Source: an uncultured Clostridia bacterium (GTDB lineage Bacteria > Bacillota > Clostridia > TANB77 > CAG-508). From it: 64,000 nt of DNA. Within the stretch, counting starts at the first letter, position 1, and every line of letters begins with the position of its first letter. The stretch lies in NCBI GenBank assembly GCA_948676835.1, contig CAPOZU010000007.1, positions 17,908-81,907 on the forward strand, in the 5' to 3' direction. The notes beneath the pieces are model-generated. The model searched no databases, was not told the DNA's origin, and saw only the letters and a list, made by a program, of their open reading frames with translations. Both the position numbers and the translations under genes were made by a program. This document shows, piece by piece, positions 9,543-19,527 of the stretch.

Positions 9543-10214
9543 ATGATTGTAGAGATTAAAAATGTTAATAAAGATTACATTCAAGGGAAAATGAGTGTAA
9601 ATGTTTTAAAAGATATAAATCTTTCTGTAGATAAAGGTGAGTACATTGCTATAATGGGGCCATCTGGTTCAGGAAAAACTACTTTAATGAATATAATAGG
9701 TTGTTTAGATGTTCAAACTTCAGGAGAATATTTATTAGAAAATCAAGATGTTTCAAAAGTAAATGACGATAAAATGTCAGATATAAGAAACCAAAAAATA
9801 GGATTTGTATTTCAACAATTTCATTTATTACCAAAGCTTAACGCAATGGAAAATGTAGCTCTTCCTCTATTATATAGAGGATATGAAAAGGAAGAAAGAA
9901 TGAAGCTTGCTTCAGAAGCTCTAGAAAAAGTGGGGCTTGGAGAAAGAAAAAAATTTATGCCGAATCAATTATCTGGTGGACAATGTCAACGTGTTGCTAT
10001 AGCAAGAGCTATTGCGGGAAATCCAATTTTATTATTGGCAGATGAACCAACAGGAGCTCTAGATACAAAATCTGGTGAGCAAGTTATGGAATTATTTAAA
10101 AAATTAAATGACGAAGGTGCAACAATAATTATGATAACACATGAACAAGAAATAGCAGAACATGCAAATAAAATTTATTATATAAGAGATGGAATGCTTA
10201 GAAAGGAAAAATAG
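9543..10214 (+). CDS. ABC transporter ATP-binding protein (MacB/LolD type)
   Basis: Walker A GPSGSGKTT, signature LSGGQCQRVAIARA, Walker B LLLADEPT. Confidence 0.9.
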   Translation: MIVEIKNVNKDYIQGKMSVNVLKDINLSVDKGEYIAIMGPSGSGKTTLMNIIGCLDVQTSGEYLLENQDVSKVNDDKMSDIRNQKIGFVFQQFHLLPKLNAMENVALPLLYRGYEKEERMKLASEALEKVGLGERKKFMPNQLSGGQCQRVAIARAIAGNPILLLADEPTGALDTKSGEQVMELFKKLNDEGATIIMITHEQEIAEHANKIYYIRDGMLRKEK

Positions 10215-11831
10215 ATGAATAAGGGAAAAAGTAAAAAATGGCTTAAATACATAATTATAGTAGCTATTATTTTAGCAATTATTGCAGGCATAATAACTTT
10301 CTTTGTAACTCGTAAGAAAAATGAAGTACCAGTTTATTCGGTAAGTGATGTTGGAAACATAAATTATTGGGAAAATAATTCTAAAACAGAAGGCATGATA
10401 AAAGAAGATAAAATGCAATCTGTATACTTGAGTTCTACTCAAAAAGTAGAAAAAGTTATGGTAAAAGAAGGTCAAAAAGTAAAAACTGGTGATGTATTGT
10501 TAAAATATAATACAACACTTTCTAATTTAGAATTAGAAAGAAAAAACTTAGATATAAAAAAAGCTGAATTAGAACTTTCAAATGCACAAAAAGAATTAGA
10601 AAAAATTAAAACATATAAACCTGGGGAGCCAACTTATGGTAGTTTGCCAGAAGAACCAATAGTAGAGCCTACTGAAAAGCCAAAGTTTCATGATACAGTA
10701 CCAGAACTTACTCCTCCTAAGCCTACAGTGCCTATAGAAAAGGAAGTGAAACCTGCTCCACTTACAGGAGATGGAACTATTGATAAACCATATTTATTTG
10801 TTTGGAAAGAAAATAAAGAATATGAACAAGAATTTATTAAAGCTTTAATTGAAAGAACTGGTGAAAATAAAACCGAAGTTATTGCTATATTTATGATTAG
10901 AGAAGATGATAGTATAACTGGGAACTTAAAAAGTAGTTCAAAGATAAAATTTATTAAAAAAGATGAAAACTATACATTTTCTATATTAGGAGCTTCTACT
11001 GGTGATGAAAATGATCCTTTATATCCTAATGAAAATAATACAGATAATAATGAAACACCTGTTGTGCCAGAACTTCCAGAAGTTGGACCAATTTATACTG
11101 CAGCTGAGTTAAAACAAATGATTGCTGAAAAAGAAAATTCAATTAATGACATAATATTAAATATTAAGGTTGCTAAAAGTGAATTAAAAAAATTACAAGA
11201 AGAAGCCAAAAATAATGCTGTTTATAGTAAAATCGATGGAGTAATTAAAACAGTTTTAAATGTTGAATCAGAAGAAGCTAAAACCAAACCAATAATAGTA
11301 GTATCAAGTGGTGGTGGATACTATGTACAAGGAAGAGTTGGAGAATTTGATTTAGAAAGAATTAAAGTAGGACAAAAAGTAAATGTGCAAGCTTTTGAAA
11401 GTGGTGCTTCAAATCAAGGTACTATTGAAAAAATAGCAGATGTTCCTTTAACAGATAGATACTATAATGGTATGGGAAATAGCAATACGTCATATTATCC
11501 TTATACTGTAAAATTAGATGATAGCGTTAATTTTAAAGAAGGTGAATATGCATCAATAGAACCAATTTTTGAAGAAGAACAATCAAGTTCATTTTATATA
11601 ACTGGAGCTTTTGTTCTTTCTGAAAATGGAAAAAACTATGTTTACATGGCAGGAGAAAATAATAAATTAGAAAAACGCGAATTGAATATTGGTAAAAATA
11701 TGCATGGAAGTTTAGAAGTTCGTGGTGGAATAACAATGGAAGATAGAGTAGCTTTTCCTTATGGTAAAAATATAAAGGAAGGAACTCCAATAGTAGACGG
11801 ATCTTTAGAAGATTTGTATAGTGGAATGTAG
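10215..11831 (+). CDS. Second HlyD-like adaptor subunit with proline-rich insert
   Basis: TM anchor, VKTGDVLLKYN lipoyl-like motif, coiled coil, P-rich linker (PEEPIVEPTEKP...PPKPTVP) and C-terminal barrel. Confidence 0.65.
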   Translation: MNKGKSKKWLKYIIIVAIILAIIAGIITFFVTRKKNEVPVYSVSDVGNINYWENNSKTEGMIKEDKMQSVYLSSTQKVEKVMVKEGQKVKTGDVLLKYNTTLSNLELERKNLDIKKAELELSNAQKELEKIKTYKPGEPTYGSLPEEPIVEPTEKPKFHDTVPELTPPKPTVPIEKEVKPAPLTGDGTIDKPYLFVWKENKEYEQEFIKALIERTGENKTEVIAIFMIREDDSITGNLKSSSKIKFIKKDENYTFSILGASTGDENDPLYPNENNTDNNETPVVPELPEVGPIYTAAELKQMIAEKENSINDIILNIKVAKSELKKLQEEAKNNAVYSKIDGVIKTVLNVESEEAKTKPIIVVSSGGGYYVQGRVGEFDLERIKVGQKVNVQAFESGASNQGTIEKIADVPLTDRYYNGMGNSNTSYYPYTVKLDDSVNFKEGEYASIEPIFEEEQSSSFYITGAFVLSENGKNYVYMAGENNKLEKRELNIGKNMHGSLEVRGGITMEDRVAFPYGKNIKEGTPIVDGSLEDLYSGM

Positions 11832-11848
11832 AATTGAGGTGAGTAAAA

Positions 11849-13105
11849 TTGATTGAAAATATATCACTTGCATTTCAAGGAATATGGTCGCATAAATTGC
11901 GTTCGTTCCTTACAATGCTTGGAATTATTATTGGTATAGCTGCAATTATGACAATTGTTTCTACTATTCAGGGAACAAATGAACAAATAAAACAAAATTT
12001 AATTGGTTCTGGAACAGATGCTGTAAAAATAGAATTATATCAAGGAGATATGCAACTTGAATTCATGTGGAATCCAATTCCAGATGGTGTTCCAACAATA
12101 TCACAAGATGTAAAAAATCAAATCTTGGAATTAGAAGAGGTACAAAAAGCTTCTTTATATAATTCAAGAAGGTACTCAGAGAATATTTTTTATCAAAATA
12201 CAGCATATTCAGGGGCTTTACTTGGAATAGATAAAGATTATTTTGATGTATATAATTATTACATACAGTATGGAAGAAATTTTGAAGAAAATGATTTCAA
12301 AAATTACAAAAAAGTTGCAATATTGGATTCTATAGCTGCTAAAAGTTTATTTCAAAGTGAAATTCCTATAGGAAAAACAATAGAAATAAATAGTGAAGCA
12401 TATATTGTAATAGGCGTTGCAGACAAAAATTCAAAATTTAAGCCTGTAATTAATAGTATATCTGATTATATGACATATATGGAAGAATCAAATGGAGAGA
12501 TATTTGTACCAATATCAAATTGGCCAATTTTATATAATTTTGATGAACCAGAAAATATAGTAGTAAAAGCAACAAGTACAGATGATATGGCAAAAGCCGG
12601 AAAAAGAACATCTGAAATATTATCTGAAAGAATTGTAAATCAAGATGAAAATAATCAAATAAGTTATAAAAATGATGATTTACTAAAACAAGCAAAACAA
12701 TTACAAGAATTAGGCTCATCTACTAATAATCAATTATTATTAATTGCTAGTATATCACTTGTTGTTGGTGGTATTGGTGTTATGAACATAATGCTTGTAT
12801 CTGTAACAGAAAGAACAAAAGAAATAGGATTAAAAAGAGCAATAGGAGCAAAGAGAAAACGTATTTTATGGCAATTTTTAACAGAAGCTTCTGTTCTTAC
12901 AAGTATAGGTGGTATTTTAGGAATAATAATAGGAATTATAATTTCTCAGATTATTTCAAGAATTTCAATGATACCAGTAGCTATAAGCATACCAGCAACT
13001 ATAATATCAGTTGTATTTTCAATGGTAATTGGAATTATTTTTGGAATAATTCCAGCAATGAAAGCATCTAAATTAAATCCAATTGATGCATTAAGATCAG
13101 AATAA
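11849..13105 (+). CDS. ABC transporter permease (MacB/FtsX family)
   Basis: MacB_PCD-like periplasmic domain followed by an FtsX C-terminal 3-TM bundle ([16 protein letters not shown]). TTG start. Confidence 0.85.
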   Translation: MIENISLAFQGIWSHKLRSFLTMLGIIIGIAAIMTIVSTIQGTNEQIKQNLIGSGTDAVKIELYQGDMQLEFMWNPIPDGVPTISQDVKNQILELEEVQKASLYNSRRYSENIFYQNTAYSGALLGIDKDYFDVYNYYIQYGRNFEENDFKNYKKVAILDSIAAKSLFQSEIPIGKTIEINSEAYIVIGVADKNSKFKPVINSISDYMTYMEESNGEIFVPISNWPILYNFDEPENIVVKATSTDDMAKAGKRTSEILSERIVNQDENNQISYKNDDLLKQAKQLQELGSSTNNQLLLIASISLVVGGIGVMNIMLVSVTERTKEIGLKRAIGAKRKRILWQFLTEASVLTSIGGILGIIIGIIISQIISRISMIPVAISIPATIISVVFSMVIGIIFGIIPAMKASKLNPIDALRSE

Positions 13106-13148
13106 TATAATTTAGATAAGTTTCTTAAATTTTATATTAAATATAATA

Positions 13149-13336
13149 AATACAATAAATGGTATATTATATTACTTTCTTATACACCTTGGTGTCGCAA
13201 CTCGCTAGTTGTTAATTATAAAATAAATTTTATAATTAACACTTACAGGATAGTTGCTCCAAATCGCACTTACTTCGTTCGTTTGGTCGCTTACGTGGTG
13301 TATTTAAAAGTAATATAATATACCGTTTATTGTATT
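13149..13336. repeat. Long inverted-repeat element A (40-bp arms around a GC-richer core with an inner hairpin)
   Basis: Arms 13149-13188 and 13297-13336 are reverse complements with about 4 mismatches in 40. Inner hairpin gttaattataaaataaattttataattaac. Confidence 0.7.
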
Positions 13337-13378
13337 AGATTATGTAGAAAAATAAAAATTTATCTAAATTTGTTTTTT

Positions 13379-14266
13379 CTAATTAGTAATTATTTTAATA
13401 AATTTTTCTGTAGCAAAACTACATATCATATTTTTAGGTAAAACAATTCCAAGACTTCTTTTTGGAATTGTTTCTTTTATAGGAATTTCAAAAAGCTGAT
13501 TGTTATTTAATTCATCTTGTGCAAATTCTTTAGTTATATATGCAATTCCAAGTCCTATTTTAGCAAATTCTTTAACTAAACCATAACTTACTATATCAAA
13601 TTTTGGATGGAATTTAACATTATTTGAACTCATTAAGTTGTTTAAAAAAGTTCTTGTATTAGAAGGTTCTTTTTGAGTAACAATTGGATAATTAGAAACT
13701 AGTTCTTCAAGAGAAATAGGTTTTTTTATTTTTTCTTTATATTCTAGATTTCCAGCAAACCCATCATGAAGAATCGCACATTCTGTGATTTCTAAATCCT
13801 CATCATTTTCCATAGGAAGATTTACTATTAAAACATCAAGACTTCCTTTTTTTAAATCTGATATCAAATTATGAGTCAAACCATTTGTAACAGAAATATC
13901 AATATTAGGAAATTCTTTATGAAATTTTGCTATATATTGAACTAAAAAGTATTTGGTTACAGTACTACTTGCACCAATTTTAATAGTACCAGTTTCTAAA
14001 TTTTTTAGAGAAGTAAGTTTGTGTTCACCATTCATAAAACTTTCAACACCATTTTTTATAAAATTATAAAAAATTTTTCCATTTTCTGTTAAAGTAACAC
14101 CTTTTGGACTTCTATTAAAAAGAGTAATACCAAGTTCCTGTTCTAATTTTTGGAGAGATTTTGTAACAGCAGGTTGAGAAATATATAGGAAATTAGCAGC
14201 TTTTGTAATACTACCATAAAGAGCTACTGTATAAAATATTTTATAAGATTCGTAATTAATATCCAT
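13379..14266 (-). CDS. LysR family transcriptional regulator
   Basis: N-terminal HTH (FYTVALYGSITKAANFLYISQPAVTKSLQKLEQELG) and a LysR substrate-binding C-terminus. Confidence 0.85.
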   Translation of the reverse strand: MDINYESYKIFYTVALYGSITKAANFLYISQPAVTKSLQKLEQELGITLFNRSPKGVTLTENGKIFYNFIKNGVESFMNGEHKLTSLKNLETGTIKIGASSTVTKYFLVQYIAKFHKEFPNIDISVTNGLTHNLISDLKKGSLDVLIVNLPMENDEDLEITECAILHDGFAGNLEYKEKIKKPISLEELVSNYPIVTQKEPSNTRTFLNNLMSSNNVKFHPKFDIVSYGLVKEFAKIGLGIAYITKEFAQDELNNNQLFEIPIKETIPKRSLGIVLPKNMICSFATEKFIKIITN

Positions 14267-14367
14267 ACACATAACCTCACGTTATAATAAATATAAATAA
14301 TATATATTTGAATTATACTACAAAAGGGAATATAATGCAATCATCAAAGAGAAAGGAGTATATAAAT

Positions 14368-15225
14368 ATGCGGATGAATGATTATTTGTCGGTATGTATG
14401 TTTCAATTAAAAGTTCATTTAGATTGCAATAGTGAAAATGAATATTTGATTGAAACAGAAGATTCCTTGATGCAAATTGAATCTGCTTTTCGTATTATTG
14501 AAGAAAAAAAGCCAGACGTATCGCTCTTCCCAGAAATGGCATATTTAGAGAGATATGATAAGAGGTATCAGGAATTATCGATATCAAGAATTATTGTAGC
14601 AGGAAGTTATTACAAAGATGGAATTAATACAACTGTAGTATTTGAAAATGGGAAAAAGCATGAACTTGCAAAGGACTATGCATCTGGTGCAGAACCTATG
14701 GCAAGAAAAATTACTTTTATTCAGCCTAAAGATTTCTTGAGAAGTAAACTAAAAAGCCATGAATTTTGGGTAAAAGGAAAAAAGATTTATATTCTTAATT
14801 GTATGGAATATTATCATGCAGCTTATTATATTGCAAGAGATGAAAAACTCAAAAATAAGCTGTTTGGAATATTTACAGTTTGCTCAAATTCTAATACTCA
14901 TGTTTTTGAAGAAGAAACGGTGTGTATTCATAATCATAATGAAAGCCTGTATACGTTCACCTTAAACTGTGTTAGCACATACAAGGGCGAAAGTTATGGA
15001 GATGGGCAAAGTTATATTTATGGACCTGTTTCTGTTCATGAAAAAGAGTGGCTTGTGAAAGAAGGAATTGAGAGTAAGAAAAATGCATGTCATATCCTTT
15101 CGCTTTCTAAAGAAAATGCTCAATTTATTTATGGAAAATTTGTGTTTTCTGAAAATTTGAGCAGATTTGGCAGAAGCGATAAGTATTTGAATAACCCCAG
15201 AGATGTCATTGTAAATAATTTATAA
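14368..15225 (+). CDS. Divergent carbon-nitrogen hydrolase (nitrilase superfamily)-like protein
   Basis: Possible E-K-C triad contexts: VSLFPEMAY, a Lys in the YYKDG/GKKHEL region, and ILNCMEY. GC-richer island. RBS aaaggag 9 nt upstream. Confidence 0.4.
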   Translation: MRMNDYLSVCMFQLKVHLDCNSENEYLIETEDSLMQIESAFRIIEEKKPDVSLFPEMAYLERYDKRYQELSISRIIVAGSYYKDGINTTVVFENGKKHELAKDYASGAEPMARKITFIQPKDFLRSKLKSHEFWVKGKKIYILNCMEYYHAAYYIARDEKLKNKLFGIFTVCSNSNTHVFEEETVCIHNHNESLYTFTLNCVSTYKGESYGDGQSYIYGPVSVHEKEWLVKEGIESKKNACHILSLSKENAQFIYGKFVFSENLSRFGRSDKYLNNPRDVIVNNL

Positions 15226-15240
15226 TAGGAGGAAAAAACA

Positions 15241-16008
15241 ATGAAAAAGAACATTATTATCACATCTGGTCCTACCAATGAGAGAATTGATGCTGTAATG
15301 AAAATCACAAATATGTCTACTGGAGCACTTGGCAATGTTATCGCTGAGACTTTTTTGGAAGATAAATATGATGAAATTGGAACTATTTATTATGTTTCTA
15401 CCAAAATGTCTTATAAACCGAGAATTGCAAGTGAGAAAGTACAGTTTGTGACTGTTGAATCTACTCAGGATTTGATAGATAGCCTTCAGAGAATTTTTGC
15501 TACTACCAAAATTGATATCATAATTCATTCTGCGGCAGTTGGAGATTACGCAGGTAAATACACCATCAGAGCAGAAGAATTGATTGATGAAATTTGGGAT
15601 ACTATTCAGAAGGCAGAAGATAAAGATGAGGTTACTAAAGATGTTCTTATGAACATTTTTGAAAATCCGTCTACTGTCTGCAATGATAGTACCAAAATTT
15701 CTTCTTATGAACCTCATTTGATGACAATGATGAAACTTACTCCTAAGGTTATTAGCCAGATCAAAGAGATGGCGCCTGATGTGACCTTGGTGGGATTTAA
15801 ACTTCTTGAAGGTGTCAGCAAAGAGGAACTGTTCGGTGTTGCTGATAGATTGAGAATTAAAAATCATGCGGATTACATTGTTGCTAACGATTTGGCAAAA
15901 ATTGGTGGTGGCAAGCATTGGGCAATGATTTTGAATGAAAACGGCATTGTAACGGAATGTAATACTAAAAAAGAAATTGCAAAAGCATTGGAAAATATTC
16001 TCTTTTAA
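15241..16008 (+). CDS. coaB: Stand-alone phosphopantothenate--cysteine ligase-like protein (CoaB/DFP C-terminal domain family)
   Basis: N-terminus IIITSGPTNERIDAVMKITNMSTGALG matches the CoaB nucleotide-binding signature (TxGxTxExIDxVRxItNxSxG). Confidence 0.65.
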   Translation: MKKNIIITSGPTNERIDAVMKITNMSTGALGNVIAETFLEDKYDEIGTIYYVSTKMSYKPRIASEKVQFVTVESTQDLIDSLQRIFATTKIDIIIHSAAVGDYAGKYTIRAEELIDEIWDTIQKAEDKDEVTKDVLMNIFENPSTVCNDSTKISSYEPHLMTMMKLTPKVISQIKEMAPDVTLVGFKLLEGVSKEELFGVADRLRIKNHADYIVANDLAKIGGGKHWAMILNENGIVTECNTKKEIAKALENILF

Positions 16009-16025
16009 TTAAAAGAGAATGGCAA

Positions 16026-16060
16026 AGAGCCGGGAGAGATTTTTCTCCCGGCTCTTGCTT
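16026..16060. terminator. Bidirectional terminator between convergent island-2 genes
   Basis: aagagccgggagaga-ttttt-ctcccggctctt GC-rich stem-loop. Confidence 0.75.
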
Positions 16061-16113
16061 GTTATTCTTAAGCAAAAAAGATTTTACTTATATTTTACCA
16101 CCTCTTAAAAATG

Positions 16114-17112
16114 TTACTGAGAAACTCCGCTTACCCAGGCAGGTACTTCTTCAAGAGTACAAGTACTGAAGTCGCCAGTTTCCGCATTTACGAACATCAT
16201 ACCTTCAATGTTTCTTCCAGCACGAAGCCACTTGAAAGTACCGTAGGTACAGACATAGTATACTTCATCCTCGCCATTTTCGGTAGGTTTGAGCTGGAAG
16301 CTCCAGTTTCCAAAGAAAATCTTGGTAGGCATGTATTCACGAGCAACCATAGAAGGATTACAGGTGCTGTTATGATTAGGTGTGTAGCGCAGATTCTTTT
16401 TTATGATAGTAGGCTGATTATCCTCAATCACAACGTATCCTGCAAAGTTTACATTTTCCTCACGGCTCAGGGGGATTACAACTTTTCCATTACGATTGAT
16501 TGCATTCCCAAGCTGATAACCATCAATGAGAACTTCACTTTCCAGAGTCTTAAGCGTATCAACACTTACAACAGGTACATTTTCTTCCTGAAGGAATGTT
16601 GTAGTCTCCTGCTGATGGCTATAGTTATAGCAAGAGCCAGCAATGTCACCACCCCAGGAAATAACAAGCAACAGAACAGAAATAATTACTGCACAGCAAG
16701 TAAATCCTTCAGGACAGTCATGTTCAAACCAATACCCTTCAGTGAGTACAGCAACTATGAACCAGTTGACTAAATGGGCAATGCCGATAACCCAGCCCGT
16801 TGAAATAAGGAACTGAGATACTGTTCGATCGGCTGCTGCGAAATAGTACCAGCATAAGAGGATTACGAATACGATGATGAAAATGATTATCTGAGTAATC
16901 AGGAAAGGGATAAATTCATCGAATGCGAAATCGAATTTTTTCTTGCTGATTCTGGCTGATCCATATCCGTTCTTGGAATCCTTTTCGTTATCAGGCGGAG
17001 TTTTTACAAAGCAGAGCCGAAGCCCCTTGATAAACTGCCTGATGAAGTGGATGTTGACGAACAGGGTGCTGAGCAGACCTCCGATAAGTGCCATGATGAT
17101 AACAGATGTCAT
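16114..17112 (-). CDS. Integral membrane protein of unknown function with extracytoplasmic C-terminal domain
   Basis: 332-codon ORF with about 4 hydrophobic helices, then a soluble C-terminal region. The overlapping +strand ORF 16111..16773 looks like a shadow. Confidence 0.6.
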   Translation of the reverse strand: MTSVIIMALIGGLLSTLFVNIHFIRQFIKGLRLCFVKTPPDNEKDSKNGYGSARISKKKFDFAFDEFIPFLITQIIIFIIVFVILLCWYYFAAADRTVSQFLISTGWVIGIAHLVNWFIVAVLTEGYWFEHDCPEGFTCCAVIISVLLLVISWGGDIAGSCYNYSHQQETTTFLQEENVPVVSVDTLKTLESEVLIDGYQLGNAINRNGKVVIPLSREENVNFAGYVVIEDNQPTIIKKNLRYTPNHNSTCNPSMVAREYMPTKIFFGNWSFQLKPTENGEDEVYYVCTYGTFKWLRAGRNIEGMMFVNAETGDFSTCTLEEVPAWVSGVSQ

Positions 17113-17289
17113 GATGTTTCTCCTTTCAATGTTGTTGGTAAAATGTTTATAGGGTTTACTAATATATTATAGCACTTTTTGAAAATAAAATCAATGTTAT
17201 GTAAATTACCACAATTTATTTTCTTAAAAATAAATTAATTTTACAATTTTGATACAATTTTGGTTTATAATACTTATTGAGGTGAAAAA

Positions 17290-17414
17290 GGTTGAAAAAT
17301 AATTAGAATTTTGGCGTTGTCAAACTTCATTTAAAACGCGGTTACATACAAAGAGTATGCGCCCTTGCCTTTTAAATAAAGTTTTCCTAGCCAAAATTTA
17401 ATTCTTTTCCAACC
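17290..17414. repeat. Long inverted-repeat element B (extended imperfect hairpin)
   Basis: ggttgaaaaataattagaattttggc pairs with gccaaaatttaattcttttccaacc. Inner aaacttcatttaaaa pairs with ttttaaataaagttt. Confidence 0.6.
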
Positions 17415-17447
17415 AAGTTTGTGCCTTAGAAAGGAATGAGATTAAGA

Positions 17448-18108
17448 ATGAATAAAATATTAATTGTAGAAGACGAAATTGCAATTAGTGATTTAATAAA
17501 AATAGGTTTAGAATCTCGGAGGATATAAATGTGAAACAGCAACAGATGGAGAAATTGCTGCAGATTTAATAGAAAAAAATCAATATGATTTAATCTTATT
17601 AGATGTGATGCTTCCTAAAGTGGATGGATATGAACTCTTAGAATATATAAAACAAATGCAAGATACACCTGTAATTTTTATAACTGCTAAATCACAAATT
17701 AAAGATAAAATAAAAGGTTTAAAAGAAGGAGCAGATGATTATATAACAAAACCTTTTGTAATGGAAGAACTTTTAGCAAGAGTAGAAGCTGTTTTAAGAA
17801 GATATAATAAATTAAGTGAAAATATATGTATTGATAATATAACAATAAATTCGGTAGCAAGAACAGTAAAAAAAGATAATGAAAAAGTTGATTTAACACC
17901 AAAAGAGTTTGATTTGCTTATGTTACTTGTGCAGAATAAAAATACAGCATTATATAGGGAAATAATTTTCGAGAAAGTTTGGGGAGAAGAACTAGAATTT
18001 GAAACAAGAACTCTAGACTTGCATATTCAAAGATTAAGAAGAAAATTAGATTGGAAAGATAAAATAAAAACAGTATATAGAATAGGTTATATGCTTGAGA
18101 TTGATTAG
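17448..18108 (+). CDS. OmpR-family response regulator, interrupted; needs a +1 shift at CGG_A (extra C at 17517)
   Basis: MNKILIVEDEIAISDLIKIGLES (frame 0) continues as GGYKCETATDGEIAADLIEKNQYDLILLDVMLPKVDGYELL... in the +1 frame. The zero frame stops at 17526-17528. Confidence 0.8.
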
Positions 18109-18120
18109 AAAGGAATAAAT

Positions 18121-19527
18121 ATGAAATTTTGGATAAAGTTGATGCTAGGTATTGTAATAATTATATCTGTTATCTTATCTTTTAGTAGATATATTACCGT
18201 AAGACAAAATTTTATAAATTCATTAGATAAAGAAATAAAGCAAAATGCTAATAAACATAAACTATCAAGATATTATTTAGATAGTAATATTATTGCTAAA
18301 ATTCAACAGGGAGAAGAATTTACAGAAGAGCATATGTATGAATATATAAAATCTTTATATGAATATATGGAAGATGATATTGAAAGTGTTGAAATATATA
18401 CAGAAGATAATGTAAAAATAATATCTACTTTTGGAAAATCCCATAAATTAAAGATAGATAATATAGACGAGTTATTAGATAAAGAAGTAGATAAATACAT
18501 TATAAGAGAGATAGAAAATGAAAATTACATGATATTTTCTTCATATTATACTGTAAGTAATTTTAGTATATATATTGTAAATATTTATGATATAACATCA
18601 ATTTATAATGAAAGAGCAAGACAATTAAAAGATATAATGTATACAGATTTTGTTGTTTTAGCAATTTCTTCAATTGTTATAGCAGTTTTTTCAAAATTTT
18701 TAACAAAGCCAATTGAAGAATTAAATAATGTTACAAAAAAGATTTCTTCTGGAGATTTTAAAGAAAGAGTAAGTGTTAAAGCAAATGATGAAATAGGAGA
18801 ACTTGCAAACAGTTTTAACAAAATGGCAGAAGAAATCGAAAATAAAATTAACTCACTTAACTTATCAATTAAACAAAAAGATGATTTTATATCAGGATTT
18901 TCACATGAAATAAAAACTCCTATGACAGCAATAATTGGATATTCAGATTTGCTTAGATTGAAAAATTATGATGATGAAGTAAGAATTCCAGCATTAAATT
19001 ATATCTATTCAGAATCTAAAAGACTAGAGGAACTTTCTTATAAATTATTATCTTTAATGGAAATTTCTGAAGATAAAATTGAATTTAAAGTTCTTAATAT
19101 AAAAGATTTTATAGAAAAAACATGTAAGAAAATTATTTTAGATAATATTGACTTAAAGTTAGATTTGGAAGAAGCAAAAGTAAAAATAGATGAAAACCTA
19201 TTAGAAGTAGTTATGAGAAATTTAATTCAAAATGCTAAAAAAGCAGATCCCAAAGATAATTGCATTTATGTAATGGGAAAAAATATAGAAAATAGATATA
19301 TAGTTTCTGTTATTGATAATGGAATTGGAATTCCAAAAGAACATATAAAAAGAGTTACAGAAGATTTTTATATGGTAGATAAATCTCGTAGTAGAAAAAA
19401 TGGTGGAACTGGAATTGGTCTTTCACTTTGTAAGAAAATTTTAGAGTTCCATAATTCTAAAATTAATATTGAAAGTGAAGAAAATTTGGGAACTAGAGTG
19501 TTTTTTGAATTGGAGGTAATAGATTAA
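18121..19527 (+). CDS. Sensor histidine kinase (HAMP-HisKA-HATPase_c)
   Basis: H-box FISGFSHEIKTPMTAIIGYSDLL, G-box GGTGIGLSLCKKI, two TM segments and a HAMP domain. Confidence 0.9.
   Translation: MKFWIKLMLGIVIIISVILSFSRYITVRQNFINSLDKEIKQNANKHKLSRYYLDSNIIAKIQQGEEFTEEHMYEYIKSLYEYMEDDIESVEIYTEDNVKIISTFGKSHKLKIDNIDELLDKEVDKYIIREIENENYMIFSSYYTVSNFSIYIVNIYDITSIYNERARQLKDIMYTDFVVLAISSIVIAVFSKFLTKPIEELNNVTKKISSGDFKERVSVKANDEIGELANSFNKMAEEIENKINSLNLSIKQKDDFISGFSHEIKTPMTAIIGYSDLLRLKNYDDEVRIPALNYIYSESKRLEELSYKLLSLMEISEDKIEFKVLNIKDFIEKTCKKIILDNIDLKLDLEEAKVKIDENLLEVVMRNLIQNAKKADPKDNCIYVMGKNIENRYIVSVIDNGIGIPKEHIKRVTEDFYMVDKSRSRKNGGTGIGLSLCKKILEFHNSKINIESEENLGTRVFFELEVID

Noticed and set aside
15220-15918. 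232-codon minus-strand ORF opposite the CoaB-like gene
   Set aside because: The + strand translation has the CoaB signature. The minus-strand ORF has no start context and a biased composition.
16111-16773. 220-codon + strand ORF overlapping the minus-strand membrane protein gene
   Set aside because: It is an antisense shadow of 16114..17112. The translation is low-complexity and odd, there is no RBS, and the minus-strand product has coherent TM topology.
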